DNA from: Octopus bimaculoides
Taxonomy: Eukaryota
Length of the DNA stretch: 39,028 nt
Assembly: GCF_001194135.2 (NCBI RefSeq)
Contig: NC_068982.1
Span: forward strand, 185,703,954-185,742,981
Direction of reading: 5' to 3'
The notes beneath the pieces are model-generated. The model was not told the origin of the DNA. It ran no database searches and saw only the letters and a program-made list of their open reading frames with translations. The position numbers and the translations under genes are program-made. Positions 35,496-39,028 of the stretch are shown one piece after another. Within the stretch, counting starts at the first letter, position 1. Every line of letters begins with the position of its first letter.

Positions 35496-35592
35496 GTCAT
35501 GGAGGTGATGGATTCTTGAAGTTCCAGGACTCTGAAGAAATATCCAATGTAGAACTAGCTGATGCCTTTGAACAGATGTGGCAAAAGCGGAG
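35496..35592 (+). CDS. PIGK: PIGK exon 6: GHGGDGFLKFQDSEEISNVELADAFEQMWQKR(R), catalytic His
   Basis: GHGG motif with the His codon at 35498-35500 (human H164 equivalent). Confidence 0.98.
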
Positions 35593-35649
35593 GTTGGTTC
35601 CTTCTAGTTTTCCTCCTTTTTGCCCCCGCCTCTCTCACTCAGTTATTAC

Positions 35650-35830
35650 CTCTTACCACCACCACCACCACCATTACCTTCACTACTATGCCCACTATCA
35701 TTGTCACCATTCCTACTGTCACCATTACTTCATACTCTACAGTCATTACTACTGCTAGTACAACTGTCACTACTGCTATCTCATCACTTCTACTACTACT
35801 ACTACCACTACCACTACCGACACCACCACT
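35650..35830. repeat. Degenerate (CAC/TAC/CAT)n triplet tract filling PIGK intron 6
   Basis: Seen directly. Confidence 0.85.
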
Positions 35831-35862
35831 CCTGTTAATTTTACATGTTTCTATTATTATAG

Positions 35863-35980
35863 GTACCATGAAATATTTTTCATGATAGACACATGCCAAG
35901 CTGAATCAATGTATCAGAAGTTTTATTCCCCCCATATTTTAGCTGTGGCCAGTAGTCATGTTGGAGAAGATTCACTCTCA
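35863..35980 (+). CDS. PIGK: PIGK exon 7: YHEIFFMIDTCQAESMYQKFYSPHILAVASSHVGEDSLS, catalytic Cys
   Basis: DTCQ motif with the Cys codon at 35894-35896 (human C206 equivalent). Confidence 0.98.
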
Positions 35981-36420
35981 GTAAGTGTCTCACTATTAAA
36001 TACCTTATACTTCACTAATAACTACTTTATACTTCACTATTTACTACTTTAAACCTCCCTATTAGCTACTTTATACCTCATTGCTTAATTACTTACTTTT
36101 AACTGCTTTATTTCTCTTTTTGTTCTCTATATTAATGTTATTATCAAGGTGAGAAAAAATATTATCAATATCTCATTGATTGTCCTCAATACCTCTCTGA
36201 TTGTTCTGGGTTGATAAACTTCACTAACTACCAGCAGTTCCTCCCTAAATATCCTTATCACTTGCTTACTTTATCAGAAGCATTATGAAATGCTTTTGAT
36301 GAAGTGACTTGCTCAAAAAATTACATAACCTTGATTCTATGTAATCACAGTGTAATTGTCATTGAAAGATGTGTAATGATGTCACAAGTTGATTATTTCA
36401 AACTTTGTTCTCCTATGCTA

Positions 36421-36477
<57 letters not shown>

Positions 36478-36796
36478 NNNNNNNNNNNNNNNNNNNNNNN
36501 NNNNNNNNNNNNNNNNNNNNNNNNNNNNNNNNNNNNNNNNNNNNNNNNNNNNNNNNNNNNNNNNNNNNNNNNNNNNNNNNNNNNNNNNNNNNNNNNNNNN
36601 NNNNNNNNNNNNNNNNNNNNNNNNNNNNNNNNNNNNNNNNNNNNNNNNNNNNNNNNNNNNNNNNNNNNNNNNNNNNNNNNNNNNNNNNNNNNNNNNNNNN
36701 NNNNNNNNNNNNNNNNNNNNNNNNNNNNNNNNNNNNNNNNNNNNNNNNNNNNNNNNNNNNNNNNNNNNNNNNNNNNNNNNNNNNNNNNNNNNNNNN

Positions 36797-36845
<49 letters not shown>

Positions 36846-36916
36846 TATACATATATATATGATATTGTAAATCTCTAGTGTATTAATTGCTGCAATCCTT
36901 CATTCTTTGTTTGTAG

Positions 36917-37027
36917 CATCATGTTGATCCAGCTATTGGTGTATATGTCATTGATCGGTACACATACTATGCTTTAGAGTTCCTTGAACAAGTCACACCA
37001 ACTAGTAAAAAAACACTTGGACAATTT
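36917..37027 (+). CDS. PIGK: PIGK exon 8: HHVDPAIGVYVIDRYTYYALEFLEQVTPTSKKTLGQF
   Basis: DPAIGV..IDRYT conserved; phase 0-0. Confidence 0.97.
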
Positions 37028-37137
37028 GTATGTATATTTACTGTTTTCTTCATGCTTCTTTCATAATGTTGTGCTTGCTGCAATACATTTTACTGTGTTA
37101 TAAATCTCACTCTTTCTTTATGTGTTATTTCTATCAG

Positions 37138-37319
37138 TTGCGTGTTTGCCCTCAGAAACAGTGCATTTCCCGAGTGGGTGTCAGAACAGACCTGTTCAAA
37201 CGAGACACAGAGAAGGTTCTACTCACAGACTTTTTTGGCAGTGTTCGCAATGTGGAATTACTGTCTGATATCGTGGATTTAGAGAAAATTATTCCTGAGC
37301 ACAAAAATGTATCTTATGA
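37138..37319 (+). CDS. PIGK: PIGK exon 9: LRVCPKQQCIS-like region, RVGVRTDLFKRDTEKVLLTDFFGSVRNVELL...
   Basis: LRVCPQKQCISRVGVRTDLF...TDFFGSVR conserved; donor GA|GTAAGT, phase 2. Confidence 0.95.
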
Positions 37320-37739
37320 GTAAGTTATTTAGTTATCAAGTCAGCTCTGATTCCAGAGGCCTATAAGTATAAGGTGTTCTATAACCATTCCTCTTTTTGT
37401 ATATCTAGGGCTATATTATCCAATACATTCTTCTGTTTTGGCAATGGATAATATACAGCAGATGAATTATTGCCTTGTTGGCAATGGCTGATGGGTGGAT
37501 GGTTATCAATAAACCATACAGTTAACTGCATTGATCTCAGTCTTTTTACCCAGACAAAACTAATAAAAAATCCCAAAACTTGTCACACCCATTGGCATAT
37601 CTTGATTAGCATATGGCAGTCATCTTCCTTTGTACACTAATACTTAGCTTTGATCATTATTTACTTTTAGTTATAATTATTAATGTCTATGTCTGTCCAA
37701 CATTAGGTTGATATGGTATCTTTATTTTCTTCTTTTCAG

Positions 37740-37800
37740 ATCTCATGCCACACATAAACCAAAATCTCAAGAAAGACTCACCTATGTCAATCAGTTTCCT
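37740..37800 (+). CDS. PIGK: PIGK exon 10: SHATHKPKSQERLTYVNQFP; either spliced at CCT|GTATGA or read through to V-stop at 37806
   Basis: Acceptor tttattttcttcttttcAG, phase 2 in frame. LTYVNQFP(V) resembles human LKYAEQLPV. Confidence 0.8.
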
Positions 37801-38243
37801 GTATGATAAAGAATATATTTATACATTTCAAACATGTTTGTCTTATTTCATTTACTATGTTTAGTTTAAATATCTAATCTTAAGTCATTCATAATAATTT
37901 TCATTATATTTGCAACAACTGACTGAAAATGCTGGGATTATCTGAAGTGTTGCCACCACTGCCACTACCATGATGACAACGACTATCATCATTTTTGTCA
38001 TAAGACACAGAAATTTTTAAAACAGTTTGCAAGGATTTAAAAAAATATTTTAATAGCTTAACCTTAGTTGATATGGTAGTGTCCATGATTATTGAGGTAG
38101 TGGAGGTTGGGTGATTCAGCTATATAACTTCTTTTATCTCACTTCCTTATTACATATGTTATATTCCTCTGTAAATACTACTTGCCTTATTTCAGTCTCA
38201 TATATCCTACGGTTGTTGATGGCCTCATTTTTACATTAATTAC

Positions 38244-38282
38244 GAGTCAAGCTCAACAGGGTCTTCTTTCCCTGCCGATCCG

Positions 38283-38317
<35 letters not shown>

Positions 38318-38396
38318 CAGTAGATAGGGACAGTGGGAATCTGGTTCATCCGTTCATGCACGTCACTAATTAGATGAAGAGGCATTTATTTGGCTA
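38244..38396 (-). pseudogene. Dispersed 28S rRNA fragment (about 150 bp) in a conserved core region
   Basis: The minus strand reads TAGCCAAAT(AAAT)GCCTCTTCATCTAATTAGTGACGTGCATGAACGGATGAACCAGATTCCCACTGTCCCTATCTACTGTCTAGCGAAACCACAGCCAAGGGAACGGGCTTGG...GAAAGAAGACCCTGTTGAGCTTGACTC, roughly 90% identical to the eukaryotic 28S consensus. Confidence 0.95.
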
Positions 38397-38812
38397 TCTG
38401 TTTCTTGTTGACATATATATTGTCATCACCTCCCTGTTTTTAACGTGGGTGGTCTTACCAGGTGCCAATGCTTTAAGTGTCGAGCAGGCCCATATCACAT
38501 TCGGGACGGCACCATCTATTATAACAAATAAAAAAATATTCATCATTCTTCGTCGACAGGTCGTTACTTCGTCTTATCCAGGTATCTTATTTTATTTTTC
38601 AATTTGGGTCTCAATATGGGTATCTTCTTGATCTCCTTAACCATCCTCGCTGTTGCTTCGGCATCACATCTTTCTATCGAAGTACCATCGGGGTGACTAG
38701 TATTTGCATCCTTCTCATTCAGTCTTCTCGATTTTCATACTTCTCATTCAATCTTCTCTGTATCTTCAATCTTCTCACTCAGTCTGCTTCTTGCTTCGTT
38801 TATCGGATGTCT

Positions 38813-39010
38813 CATCTTTCTTTTCGACACACCGTTGGAGTGACATGGTATGTTCATTCATTTCATTCAATGTACTCGTTACTTCGTTCATCGAATTTCT
38901 TGTCGATATACCATTGGTGCGATATGGCATATTCCTTCATCTTATTACTTCGTTCATCGAACTACTAGTCTTTCTTTCTACATACTGTCGAGATGTCTGG
39001 TATGTTCACT
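38813..39010. repeat. Degenerate tandem repeat of about 65-80 bp, roughly 3 units
   Basis: tgg(t/c)at(g/a)ttc recurs at 38846, 38925 and 38998; ttacttcgttcatcga recurs at 38879 and 38945. Confidence 0.7.
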
Positions 39011-39028
39011 CCTCCCATTCGATCCTCC

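Noticed and set aside
38196-38220. Acceptor-like tttcAG as a candidate last PIGK exon
   Set aside because: The phase-0 frame gives SHISYGC-stop with no TM or homology, and the region runs into the rRNA fragment.
38460-38520. CFKCRAGPYHIRDG zinc-knuckle-like peptide on +
   Set aside because: The last Cys is missing, the frame is short, and there is no gag context.

Overview
AT-rich, repeat-dense animal DNA from a gapped short-read assembly. The RTE-LINE tails ending in (GAT)n and the tRNA-derived SINEs look like octopus/coleoid families; this is recognition, not a search result. Two intron-rich genes lie head-to-head with start codons only about 350 bp apart. On + is PIGK (GPI8 transamidase): 10 coding exons, 21281-37800, with intact His/Cys catalytic residues and no transmembrane exon found in the window. 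On - is an AK5-like gene: an N-terminal RIIa/Dpy-30-type D/D domain followed by an adenylate kinase domain whose P-loop is degenerate (GPPESEKVK), with 5 exons from 20929 to beyond position 1. The shared promoter has an RFX X-box and an ETS site. Introns contain a complete Gypsy LTR element with a 5-bp TSD, a complete mariner, a deleted maT/DD37D element, RTE and CR1-like LINE remnants, SINEs and a TTAA MITE. The most unusual elements are a 150-bp palindrome made of two inverted hammerhead-ribozyme motifs, a 28S rRNA fragment starting at the R2 insertion site, and a motif-dense promoter-like island inside AK5 intron 2. All translations, alignments and counts were done by hand and should be verified.
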